In this document: in pieces, positions 21,899 through 34,300 of the stretch
Layout of the letters: every line of letters starts with the position of its first letter
How positions within the stretch are numbered: position 1 is the first letter of the stretch
Assembly (NCBI GenBank): GCA_964187785.1
Contig: OZ076413.1
Span: 45,820,001-45,884,000, forward strand
Origin: Amphiscolops sp. MND2022
Taxonomy: Eukaryota
DNA: 64,000 bases
Reading direction: 5' to 3'
The notes under the pieces: generated by a model
Told to the model about the DNA's origin: nothing
Seen by the model: only the letters and a program-made list of their open reading frames with translations
Databases searched by the model: none
Position numbers and translations under genes: made by a program

Positions 21899-23855
21899 TC
21901 AAGTAGATGTCCCCCTACAAACAATTTCGTCTATAGTGTGATCGCTAAGCGGGATCCCGACGAGGTTATAACTCCATAGACATGTACTCCTAGCCCTAAT
22001 GAACATATCTGCAGTGTTTATTTTTCTTTCAAAATTTCATCAATTTGGGTATTTTTTGATTTTCCGCTAGGATAAAAGCGTATTTCAAGGATACAGGTCG
22101 CACTTCAGTTGTTTCTGCCTCTCTAAAAAATTTGAAAATTTCCTAAAAACCATTATGAGCATTTCTATGAGCTATCTTCTCTTCAATTTTTGAAGTACCA
22201 TTGCCAAACATTGCAACTTCTTTTTTCTGAAACTCTGGAAGCGTTATTGATGTAAATCAGAAGAAAAGAACATTTTCTTCAATACCTTCTTTTCGGATTG
22301 CCAACGGTGCAGATTCAAAACTTTAAGCTCCGACATTTTTTTTCAGTTGAGCGATATTGATGCAAAATTTTAAGAACCTTACATCTAAGTTCATACTTTC
22401 CCAATTTGACCAAGAGACTTTCGAATCTTTTGAAAGAACTGTCAAAGGTGAAGAATGTGCCCAAATGTCCCTTAATTTTGAAAACGTTTTTGGATATTCA
22501 TAAGTATTTCTAAATCACTCCTTAACCACCGTAACATAGTTCTTCAAATCGAACCAGATAAGATTTGAATTTTTGTGTTATTTTAGGATGTTTTCCTAAG
22601 ATTAAAGATTATTTTTACGTCCAATGTTCAAATCTGTATTTGCTAAAAATCACTCGGGGTAGAAAAGTTCCTGTGGTTGAGGGTGTATCTTGTGTTTAAA
22701 CCATTTCTGATAGCGGGCCAGATTTTTCGATCATCTTCGCAAAATTATACTCTCCTTTCACACAATGTCGAAAAAAACCTCAGATTTTGTCGGTTTCTAG
22801 TAGACGCAGATAATCGAAAAAGACTTCCTGCTACTCGAAGTTCCTTTGAGATTTAAAATATTTCAACCAATCAAAACAACTCTCTTTCCATCCCCAGGGA
22901 AGATGGGTAAAAAGTTTGTTATCCTTATCCGTCATCATTAAGACGTCGATTGAATGCGGATGAATTCGATAAGTTTCCAAGTCTTGGCCAATTCATCTAC
23001 TTATGGCGGAAAAGGTCGAATATACGGGCAACGTTCCTTTGGGCACTTCAGTGAAAGGAATCACGGTTGACGCGACTTTAATTGAGATTTTATAACTGAG
23101 TGAGCAATGGTTGCAGCAACGGAGGCGAATTTGACATGGAATGATTCAGGCAGAGCTTTACATAATCTGACTGAATATCGTGCAACCTTGGAAATTCAAT
23201 AAAAAATAATCCGCATTGTAATATTTCTGTGGGTTATGTTCCATTTAGGTCAGTGCAGCTATTTTTATGATTAATTTTTAAAATCACGTATTCGTTTGGC
23301 GTTCGTTTTATAGGTATATAGCGTAAAGACTTTTCAAATTAATTTTGGCTGACACCGGAGTGATTTTGATGTCTACAAAAGTTTCTAATGAACTTTGGTA
23401 CACAAGATTGCAAAAAATTGTTTTATTTTCCAAGTTGACTTCTAGAATGTCGAGTGTCTGCATTGTATTAACAGTTTATATGATTCCATTTCAATTGAAC
23501 TGACTGATTAAGCTAATCAGACGCGTGAAGTGTGAATAAGAAAAACAAAGCCCTTCAGTAAATAGAAGTAGTATGGGCAGTTGCCAGTCGTCTCAGAAAC
23601 ACTATTCGTTTTTGAAAAAGTCCACAAAGTTCTCTACGACAGCATCAAGAAATTTGTTTCCTCTTTTACAGTGATCGATTGGAGAGCTGTTTATCATTTT
23701 TTGCGACATACGGCGCTATTGTTATGTTAGCATGTTATTTAACGAATCCATGCTTTCATTGAAATTAACTAGAACAGTGCCTTTGGCATGAACACCCAGA
23801 TGACTTATGTCCTAACGTTTTCCGATACTCCTTACTTTGTGATTATTCGTTATTA

Positions 23856-26800
23856 TTTTCCGCCCATATTCCATGTGAGAAAGGAAAACATATAAATTAA
23901 ACGGTTTTTTACAAGGTTTGCCAAATTTGTGGAGATTTTTGGATTTTTCTGTAAATGACGAAAATGACCCCATAATGACTCAAAATGACCTCAGAACTAA
24001 CAAAAATTCCAAAACTTCACGGTTTTTAACGTTTTCGTGCATTTTTGTAAAATTTCTGATAGACTTCTTGGATTAGAATATTGAAAACTTTAAACAAGGT
24101 AAAACCTCGTTGTCTAATAGACTTTTATAAAGGGATAAATTTGGTTTTTCAAAAACAAATGGCCCCAAAAATGACAAAATGTTCAAAACTTCCCGTTTTT
24201 AAGCTCAAAGAAAGGTCACTAGACTTGAAGTACGCCTTCCAAAGGAAAATGTTTTTGCAATTTCCCTTGTAGGAAAGAAACCTGAACATGACACAAAAGT
24301 CAAACAGATTTTAACATTTTCGTACATTTTTTTTGTAAAATGTTCGAGCTCTTTCGTCGGTTACAGTGGTTACTCGCAAACCACTTATCCCCAACGAGGA
24401 GCTCGAAAAAACCATTATTTTGGAAAAAACCCATAATGCCGAATAACGTTTCAGCTAGGAAATTTTTTTCGCACCAAAATCAGATATGAAAGCGAAAAGG
24501 GGTACCCTTCGACTAAATGAAAGTTTCTGAAAGACACACGGAGCTGAAAAAAGGCATTTTCCACATTCAAAAGAAATTCATCAGTTTCACAGGATCAAAA
24601 AGTAACAAAAAGGTCACCCTCAACACTCGGGAAACAAATTTCGTTTGCACAAAACCTCAAAAAACTAAAATCAAAAGAAACGTCAAAAATTGTTTCCGCA
24701 AAATTTTCTCAGAAAATTCTGTTTACTCGGAAAGCCGCATTGTGTCGGAAAAACGAATGGTGGCCAGCTATTCTTGCGAAACGCTGTTGTTTCTGATGAA
24801 AAACGAGGGGGGTTTATGTTTGAGAAAAAGAGTATTTAAAACTTCGTATTATCCCGTAAAGGTTCTGAAGAGGGCATTTTGGTCTCCGCCTTTTTCATTA
24901 TAAAAACTCTCTTCTGGTTTTGTGCGAGACACAAACCCTCGTACCCCTGCTGCTAAGACTGCGTTAACCACTAGGCTATATGGCACTGGAAAGTTACTTG
25001 AAAAATTGAGGAAAATTTGGTGGACCTATTTTCGAAAAATCAAGTGTATCGAAAAACGAAAGCCATAATTATAGTCCCTCTCTCCCAAAGAAAAGAGTCA
25101 ACTGATAATTTTGTATGATGGGTACTCGTATCACATACTTCAATAACAAAAACTTCGCGTGTTGAGGAAAAATAGGTCCCTGCGGTGCACAATATTATTC
25201 AGTTTTATTTCTGCTTTTAGGCTTTCTTGTTCAAAAATAAAAGGAGAGAATCAATGGAATCTGAAACAACTAACTATACGCTCCAGTTGAATCATTATAT
25301 AGCGCACAATATTCACTGTACAGTTTACTCGGCCTTCAATTCTTTTCGAACTGGAAAAAACTACCTACTAAGCTTAGACGAAGTTTCACAATAGCAATTG
25401 GATGCAGTCGGAGCTTTAGCTGAACAAATAATTAACACTCGTTCGCTTCATCCTAATGATTCGGCGAACGAATGTATAATTACCACTTGCTCGTTTTCTC
25501 GCACGAAAAATGAAATGTCGTCGGCAGCTTCAGAAAATTATATCTCAGGCATATACTCACTGCCGAACAAAATATCTGAATTTTTCAGTAGTTACTCAAA
25601 CTCACGACAAAATCGAATTGAAAAATGTTGAATATTTCAGATTTCAATAAAATTCCTGCTATCGCAGAAATGATAATAAAAGTATCATTTCTAGCTGAAC
25701 AAATATTCGCCACATGTTCGCTTCATCTCAATGATTCCGAGTTGTTCAGAATGTACTCAGATCATGGACAAAAATCGGCTTTAAAAAGTTGAATCTTTCA
25801 GATTTCTATATTATTCCTGCTATCACAGACATAATAAATTGAATAATAGTGTTTTCTTTAAAAATACGCTAAGCTGAATCAAACCTTTTTTTCGATTTTT
25901 TTTTGCATTACCGTAGGGCATTGGCTATTCTTGAGCTTCAAAGTTATGTTGTTGTGAAACATTTTTGTGCGGAAAAGATCTAACTGCGGGCGTTTTCTTC
26001 TTTAATACACTTACAATATCTCCAGATTTTTTATTGGTCAAGTTTTTTTAGTTTTTTGAATATGCTTTCCAAAAATACCTCAGTGTTCTTCCTAATTTGT
26101 GTTCTCTAGGAACCATATGCCAGGGCCAGGAACTTTTTCTGCTAATTGGATTTTTGCCAATTAAATGACAAAACAAGACGCCCCTGAGCAGAGAGATGTT
26201 TACCGCCACAAACTGTTCTACAAATAAATAAATTTGAGGCTCAAGAGTAGCCAATGCACTATAAAAACGCAAAGAAAATCGAACAAAAATAAGTTTTGAT
26301 TTATTTAGCCCATTTCAAAGGAAACCCTTAATATAAAGTTTCTGCGATAAGTTATTTGTATTTTCGGCACTACGCGACTCTCCGAGAAACGATGAAATTG
26401 CAATAACTTTCTTTAAAATGATTTTGGAAAAACATTTTTCACATTTTTTATTTTTTGAGGTTTTCAGTGAAGGAAATAGGTACCCCGAGTTTTGAGGGTG
26501 ACTTCTCTGTTACTTTTCATCATGTGGAACTGATGAGTGTTCCTATTAATTGCGGAAAACACATCATTTCAATTTTCTTTGGCTCTGTGCCTCTTTCCGA
26601 AACTTTCACTGGTCGAAGGGTACCTCCTTGCTTCCATAGCTGATTTCGGCTTGAGAAAAATAGTTTTGCGAGCGGAAATTCGGTTTGCGATTATAGAACT
26701 TTACCGGAAAAACGGAAAAATCTAAACATTAGGTTTTTGTGATTCCTGTTGGGCAAAAGTGGTTTCCTAGTCTCAGGCATTATTCTTGAGGTAATTTTTG

Positions 26801-29800
26801 GCACTGAGAAAATGGTAGAGGCTTGAAACTAGGCCCTATGCAAATTCAGGGAAATTGAGCGATCTCGGTCTGTTATATTTTTGCACATAGTTCCACCAGA
26901 ACTGTCAAAATTTGAAAATTGTTTTGACAATTTTGAGGTCAATTTGAGGACCTTTTCTAATATGAATCTCAATTTTCTCTTCAAAAATAGACCTACTGGA
27001 CACCGCGTTTCGTTGTTTTAGAATGTTTCATCATTCTAACTCACGAAGGAGCTCAAAACATTTTCTTTCCGTCGAAATCATGAGGTCGAAATGTACGTTT
27101 TTGAGTAAAATTTTCTGGAAGTTGTGCAAATAAAGTTATCTGATATCTTTTCGAAAGACTACCAGTAGCTACGCGTTTCATTCCAGAGCCTATAGTATTT
27201 CTGATTGAAGTAAACTTTCGGAACGGGTCCAAAATTGTGACTACGTTTTTGAAAATGAAGAACGTTCGGAAACTTTGACACCTTTGTTATAAACTCGTTG
27301 AACTTTATCCCACTTTTTCCCCAATTGCATTTTGAATACCTTATTGCTTCAGCGCTCAGGTCATTGGAAGTTCTTTTCTTCAAAAACTTTCGTGTTTGAA
27401 CAAAAGTTAGGATTCGTTTTTCAAACAACCTGCTTTTTCGTTGTTTCATGGACTTTTGTGTGTTTTTGAGCCAATTCCAACAAAAAATGCAGTTATCTCT
27501 TCAAAATTGCCTACTGGAGATAGATGTTGTTGGGATGTTGTTGAATTGTTGAATAGTCATTGTTGAGTTTTTAAACAAATTTATGCAAGGAAGTAGCTCA
27601 AAATTGTACAAAAAACGGTCAAATCATGTAGAAAAACTTCAATATTCTCAGGTTTGGGTCATGCTGAGAAAAATTTCGACCATAAATTAGGCAATTGTTT
27701 CAAAAAACCTGCTTCGGCCCTCGTTTGATTGGACCCAGCGAAGTCAAAAGGAGCTTTTTGAAGCTTTCATTTCACCGAAATTTTCCAATATCAAAACAAA
27801 TACAATGAAAAAGTCAGAAAACGACAAAAAAATTGATATTATAGACTTTTTGTCGTCAGTTTTGAGCCATTTCCAACCAAACTCTGCAAATATTCCTTCA
27901 AAAGCCTACTGGATTATGTGTTTAGTCTTTGTTGAACGTTTGTCAAGATTTTGACTGCAAAACTGTTCAAAAAGTACACAGTTTGCGCAAAAACATTGTT
28001 GAATTTATTTGACCCCTTTGGAGTCATTCTGAAGTTTTTTTTTGGAGCAAAACGCTGCAACGTTCTCTCCAAAAAATTGTAATGTAAAAGTCGTTCTTCC
28101 GATGTTGAGTGGATTGTGTTGGTACTTAGAAATTGCTTCAAAACGGCAAAAACTTCGAATTTTTTGACAATCCAATGTCAATTTGAGGCATTTTTCTTCT
28201 ACAAATTGATTTTATCTCGTTACAAAAGCTCACCGAAACAACAAATTTGCCTGTGATTTAGGCGTTTCAACTATCTAGTCCACGAAGTCGGTCAATTTTC
28301 AGAACCAAAATAGTGAAAATCAGAAAAAGTTTTGGACATTTTGTCTTTTCCGATGTCAATTTTTGTTCTAAAAACTGTATTCACTATTGACCTTTTTTAA
28401 CGTTCCAGTTGACTAACTCTGTCGGTCGAAAGTCTGGGAAAAATGCATAAAATCTTTGAAAATTTCAAAAATTTTGAGGTTTTTGTCATTTTGGGTGTCA
28501 ATTTGAGACATTATCATTCAAAACATTGCGATTATTTATTCAATAAAGACTACTGGACAACCAACTGTTTCCGTGCTGACCCTTTAAAACATTGCACTCT
28601 ACGGAGTTTGTCGAAACTTCAACAAAAAATGCACGAAAACTTCAAAATTTGGAAAGTTTTGTGTTTTTTGTCATTTTCGTTGTCAATTTGAGACTTTTTC
28701 ACCAAAAATCTGCAAAAGACTTCTCGGAAAAGACTACTGGACAGCTAACCATCCACGAAATCTGTCGAAACTCCAACAAAAAAAGCATTAAAACTTTGAA
28801 AATTCAAAAACTTTGGGTCTTTTGTCAGTTTTGGTGTCACTTTGAGACATTTTCACTAAAAAACTGCAATAAACTTTTCGGAAAAGCCTGCTGGGCAACA
28901 TATTTTTTCTTTGTTGACCCTTTCCAACGTTCCAATCTACAAAGTCAATAAAATGTGAAAAATTTATAAAATCTTAGAAAACTTGAAAGTTTTGAGAGTT
29001 CTGTCATTTTCGACTTCAATTTGAGACAATTTCATTTGGAGAAATTCAGTTATTTCTTCAATAAAGAGTATTGGACCACCAACTTTTTCCTCTTTGTTGA
29101 CCCGCTGAAACATTCCAATTCACGAAGTCTGTCGAAACTTCAACAAAAATTGCATGAAAACTTCAAAATTTGGAAATTTTTGAGTTTTGTCATTTTCGTT
29201 GTCAATTTGAGACTTTTTCACTAAAAAACTGCACAAAACTCTTCAGAAAAACTACTGGACAACTAAGCATCCACGAAATCTGTCGAAACTTCAAAAAAAT
29301 GCATGAAAACTTTGAAAATTCAAAAACTTTGGGTCTTTTGTCAGTTTTGGTGTCACTTTGAGACATTTTCACTAAAAAACTGCAATAAACTCTTCGGAAA
29401 AGCCTGCTGGGCAACATATTTTTTCTTTGTTGACCCTTTCCAATGTTCCAATCTACAAAGTCTGTCAATAAAATGTGAACAAATTATACACTCTTAGAAA
29501 ACTTGAAAGTTTTGAAAGTTCTGTCATTTTCGACTTCAATTTGAGACAATTTCATTTGGAGAAATTCAGTTATTTCTTCAATAAAGAGTATTGGACCACC
29601 AACTTTTTCCTCTTTGTTGACCCGCTGAAACATTCCAATTCACGAAGTCTGTCGAAACTTCAACAAAAATTGCATGAAAACTTCAAAATTTGGAAATTTT
29701 TGAGTTTTGTCATTTTCGTTGTCAATTTGAGACTTTTTCACTAAAAAACTGCACAAAACTCTTCAAAAAAACTACTGGACAACTAAGCATCCACGAAATC

Positions 29801-31349
29801 TGTCGAAACTTCAAAAAATGCATGAAAACTTTGAAAATTCAAAAACTTTGGGTCTTTTGTCAGTTTTGGTGTCATTTTGAGACATTTTCACTAAAAAACT
29901 GCAATAAACTCTTCGAAAAAGCCTGCTGGGCAACATTTTTTTTCTTTGTTGACCCTTTCCAACGTTGCAATTTACAAAGTTTGTCAAAAAATTGGAGAAA
30001 ATGCCTAAAATTTTTGAAAATTGGAAATTTTTGTGATATATGTCATATTCGGTGTCAATTAGAGACTTTTCCATTCAGAACATTGCATTTATCTCTTCAT
30101 GAAAGATTACTGGACAACCAATCATTTCCTTTCTCATCCTATGAAACTTTCCAATACACGAAGTCCGTCGAAACGTTAAAAAATGCATAAAATCTTCAAA
30201 AGTTAAAAAGTTTTGAGTTTTTTGTCATTTTCGTTGTCCCTTTGAGACTTTTTGACTAAAACAACTGCAATATACTTTTCGCAAAACCCTACTGGATAAC
30301 ACATTCTTTCGTTGTTGACTCTTTTCAACGTTTCAACCCACAAATTCCGTCAAAAACATAGGAAAAAATGCATAAAATTTTTGAAAATTGGAAAAATTTG
30401 GGATTCGTCATTTTCTTCGTCAATTTGAGACATTTTCAATTGGAGAAATTCAAATATTTCTTGACTAAAGACTATTGGACAACCAATTATTTCCTCGTTT
30501 CCAATTCACGAAGTCTGTCGAAACTTCAACAAAAAATGCATAAAAACTTTGAAAATTGAAAATTTTTGGTTTTTGTTGCCATTTTCAGTGTAAATTTGAG
30601 ACAGTTTCACAAAGAAACTGCATTAAACTCTTGAAAAAAGCCTAATGGACAACGCATTTGTTCTTTGTTGACCCTTTTGAGCGTTCCAATCTACAAAGTC
30701 GGTCAAAAAACTTGTAAAAAATGCATGAAATCTTTGAAAATTGGAAAATTTTGGGATTTTTGTCATTTTCGGCTCAAGTGGAGATTTTTTCATCTCAAAA
30801 ACAGCAATTATCTCTTCGGAAAAGCCTACTAGACAACCAATTAGTGCCATGTTGGGTATTTTCAACATTCTAATCCACGAAGTCTATCAAAAATTTGACA
30901 AAATTTGCATAAAAACGTGAAAAATCGGGAAATTTTGGTTTTTGTCAATTTTGTGTCTTTCTCTAACAAAAATAACAAAAAACCGCATTCATCTCTTCAT
31001 AAACCACTACTGGACAACGAATTCTTGCCTTGTTGAACCTTTCCAACATTCTAATTTACGACATCTATCGAAAAATTGACAAAAATTGCATTACAACGTG
31101 AAAATCTTGAAAACTTTGAAGTTTTTACTATTTTTGGGTTCATTTTTGAGTCATTCTGGGATCGTTCGGGTCAACCAAAAAATTCCAGAAATCTCCACAA
31201 ATACAAATCGCGCGAAGCTAAATTTATATGAGTTGAATTCTTCGGGTAACAACCTTAAAGTTAAATATAAATTTGGTGCTTGGCAAATTTCGTAAAAAAA
31301 CCGTTTGATTCAAATGTTTTCCTTTCCCATATGAAATATGGGCGGAAAA
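23856..31349. mobile_element. Foldback-like DNA element with long imperfect TIRs built from ~170-bp satellite monomers; TA flanks
   Basis: Left end TA|TTTTCCGCCCATATTCCATGTGAGAAAGGAAAACAT matches the reverse complement of the right end ATGTTTTCCTTTCCCATATGAAATATGGGCGGAAAA|TA with a few mismatches; inverted similarity continues for several hundred bp (23856-~24340 vs ~30800-31349). No transposase seen. Confidence 0.65.
28440..31150 (+). repeat. ~150-190-bp satellite array with a 520-bp higher-order repeat
   Basis: Recurring AAAATGCATAAAA...TTTTGTCATTTT...TCAATTTGAGAC...CTACTGGACAAC...TTTGTTGACCC; near-identity at offset 520 (ORFs 29170 vs 29690); more degenerate monomers extend back to ~26900. 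Confidence 0.92.
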
Positions 31350-34300
31350 TAAAAATCATTTATGGTAATGCCTTAGGCGCTCAGTACCAGTTCATACTAG
31401 ACTATTCGGCCATGATATTGACAGAATTATCCTTCTTCGTGAGTTCTTGTCTTTGACGATAGCGTGAATTTCATTAAGGTATATTGAAATTTGTGTTTCC
31501 TTATTTTCATGTCTCTCCGATGCCTTTCTTTTCTGAGATATGAAAAGATTTTAGGATAGGCCCACTTGATGGAATATTTTCTATATTTTCCATGCGTACA
31601 AGACTTTTTAGGCAACAAGGAAAATTTCCGGATCCTGCTGCGCTAAGTTTGTTCGAATACATTGCAGCGTCTACTTTTCCGATCAAAATTGGATGTTTTT
31701 CTTCTCCGTTTCGATAACTTTGTTTCACAGTTCCGCTTCCAACTACTCATCATATGAGATCACCGTGTCGCAGGCTACCGGTTGGAAGGACAAAACCATA
31801 CCAATAAACTAAATGAAATTGTATTTTCTGTGTTGAAATTAAATGTAAAATTTGTATTATAATATTTAGTGACTCAAATCCAAGAGGTCTTGCATACAAG
31901 AAGGGAGAAAACAAATGTGCCTGCTACCTCAGTGGGACCGGAGCACATGTCCCAGGACAATGCGTAGTTGAGAACAGGTTCATCCTAGCATTCCACTAAT
32001 AACTGGCTGGCGGAATGACGTTTCTTTGATACTTGAATGTTGACTTCAGTTGATTTGTATTGGAATGGCGGTAAAATCAATAAGATCTCAGCTACCTTCA
32101 ATAGTAGAACTTTTGCATGGCGAAACCCAATTTGCCCCCAGTTTAAGATACATCTTCTTTGAAGCTTGAGAAGCTTTGGGTCTTTTGTCAGTTTTGGTGT
32201 CATTTTGAGACATTTTCACTAAAAAACTGCAATAAACTCTTCGGAAAAGCCTGCTGGGCAACATTTTTTTCTTTGTTGACCCTTTCCAACGTTGCAATTT
32301 ACAAAGTTTGTCAAAAAATTGGAAAAAATGCCTAAAATTTTTGAAAATTGGAAATTTTTGTGATATATGTCATATTCGGTGTCAATTAGAGACTTTTCCA
32401 TTCAGAACATTGCATTTATCTCTTCATGAAAGATTACTGGACAACCAATCATTTCCTTTCTCATCCTATAAAACTTTCCAATACACGAAGTCCGTCGAAA
32501 CGTTAAAAAATGCATAAAATCTTCAAAAGTTAAAAAGTTTTGAGTTTTTTGTCATTTTCGTTGTCCCTTTGAGACTTTTTGACTAAAACAACTGCAATAT
32601 ACTTTTCGCAAAACCCTACTGGATAACACATTCTTTCGTTGTTGACTCTTTTCAACGTTTCAACCCACAAATTCCGTCAAAAACATAGGAAAAAATGCAT
32701 AAAATTTTTGAAAATTGGAAAAATTTGGGATTCGTCATTTTCTTCGTCAATTTGAGACATTTTCAATTGGAGAAATTCAAATATTTCTTGACTAAAGACT
32801 ATTGGACAACCAATTATTTCCTCGTTTCCAATTCACGAAGTCTGTCGAAACTTCAACAAAAAATGCATAAAAACTTTGAAAATTGAAAATTTTTGGTTTT
32901 TGTTGCCATTTTCAGTGTAAATTTGAGACAGTTTCACAAAGAAACTGCATTAAACTCTTGAAAAAAGCCTAATGGACAACGCATTTGTTCTTTGTTGACC
33001 CTTTTGAGCGTTCCAATCTACAAAGTCGGTCAAAAAACTTGTAAAAAATGCATGAAATCTTTGAAAATTGGAAAATTTTGGGATTTTTGTCATTTTCGGC
33101 TCAAGTGGAGATTTTTTCATCTCAAAAACAGCAATTATCTCTTCGGAAAAGCCTACTGGACAACCAATTAGTGCCATGTTGGGTATTTTCAACATTCTAA
33201 TCCACGAAGTCTATCAAAAATTTGACAAAATTTGCATAAAAACGTGAAAAATCGGGAAATTTTGGTTTTTGTCAATTTTGTGTCTTTCTCTAACAAAAAA
33301 CCGCATTCATCTCTTCATAAACCACTACTGGACAACGAATTCTTGCCTTGTTGAACCTTTCCAACATTCTAATTTACGACATCTATCGAAAAATTGACAA
33401 AAATTGCATTACAACGTGAAAATCTTGAAAACTTTGAAGTTTTTACTATTTTTGGGTTCATTTTTGGGTCATTCTGGGATCGTTCGGGTCAACCAAAAAA
33501 TTCCAGAAATCTCCACAAATACAAATCGCGCGAAGCTAAATTTATATGAGTTGAATTCTTCGGGTAACAACCTTAAAGTTAAATATAAATTTGGTGCTTG
33601 GCAAATTTCGTAAAAAAACCGTTTGATTCAAATGTTTTCCTTTCCCATATGAAATATGGGCGGAAAATAAAAATCATTTATGGTAATGCCTTAGGCGCTC
33701 AGTACCAGTTCATACTAGACTATTCGGCCATGATATTGACAGAATTATCCTTCTTCGTGAGTTCTTGTCTTTGACGATAGCGTGAATTTCATTAAGGTAT
33801 ATTGAAATTTGTGTTTCCTTATTTTCATGTCTCTCCGATGCCTTTCTTTTCTGAGATATGAAAAGTTTTTAGGATAGTCCCACTTGATGGAATATTTTCT
33901 ATATTTTCCATGCGTACAAGACTTTTTAGGCAACAAGCAAAATTTCCGGATCCTGCTGCGCTAAGTTTGTTCGAATACATTGCAGCGTCTACTTTTCCGA
34001 TCAAAATTGGATGTTATTCTTCTCCGTTTCGATAACTTTGTTTCACAGTTCCGCTTCCAACTACTCATCATATGAGATCACCGTGTCGCAGGCTACCGGT
34101 TGGAAGGACAAAACCATACCAATAAACTAAATGAAATTGTATTTTCTGTGTTGAAATTAAATGTAAAATTTGTATTATAATATTTAGTGACTCAAATCCA
34201 AGAGGTCTTGCATACAAGAAGGGAGAAAACAAATGTGCCTGCTACCTCAGTGGGACCGGAGCACATGTCCCAGGACAATGCGTAGTTGAGAACAGGTTCA

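Noticed and set aside
21900..23300. Possible decayed transposase on the minus strand
   Set aside because: Many stops in the frames read and no recognisable catalytic motif.
31870..31978. Possible plus-strand exon (DSNPRGLAYKKGENKCACYLSGTGAHVPGQCVVENR) in the triplicated flank
   Set aside because: Plausible splice sites, but no phase-compatible neighbouring exons could be found.
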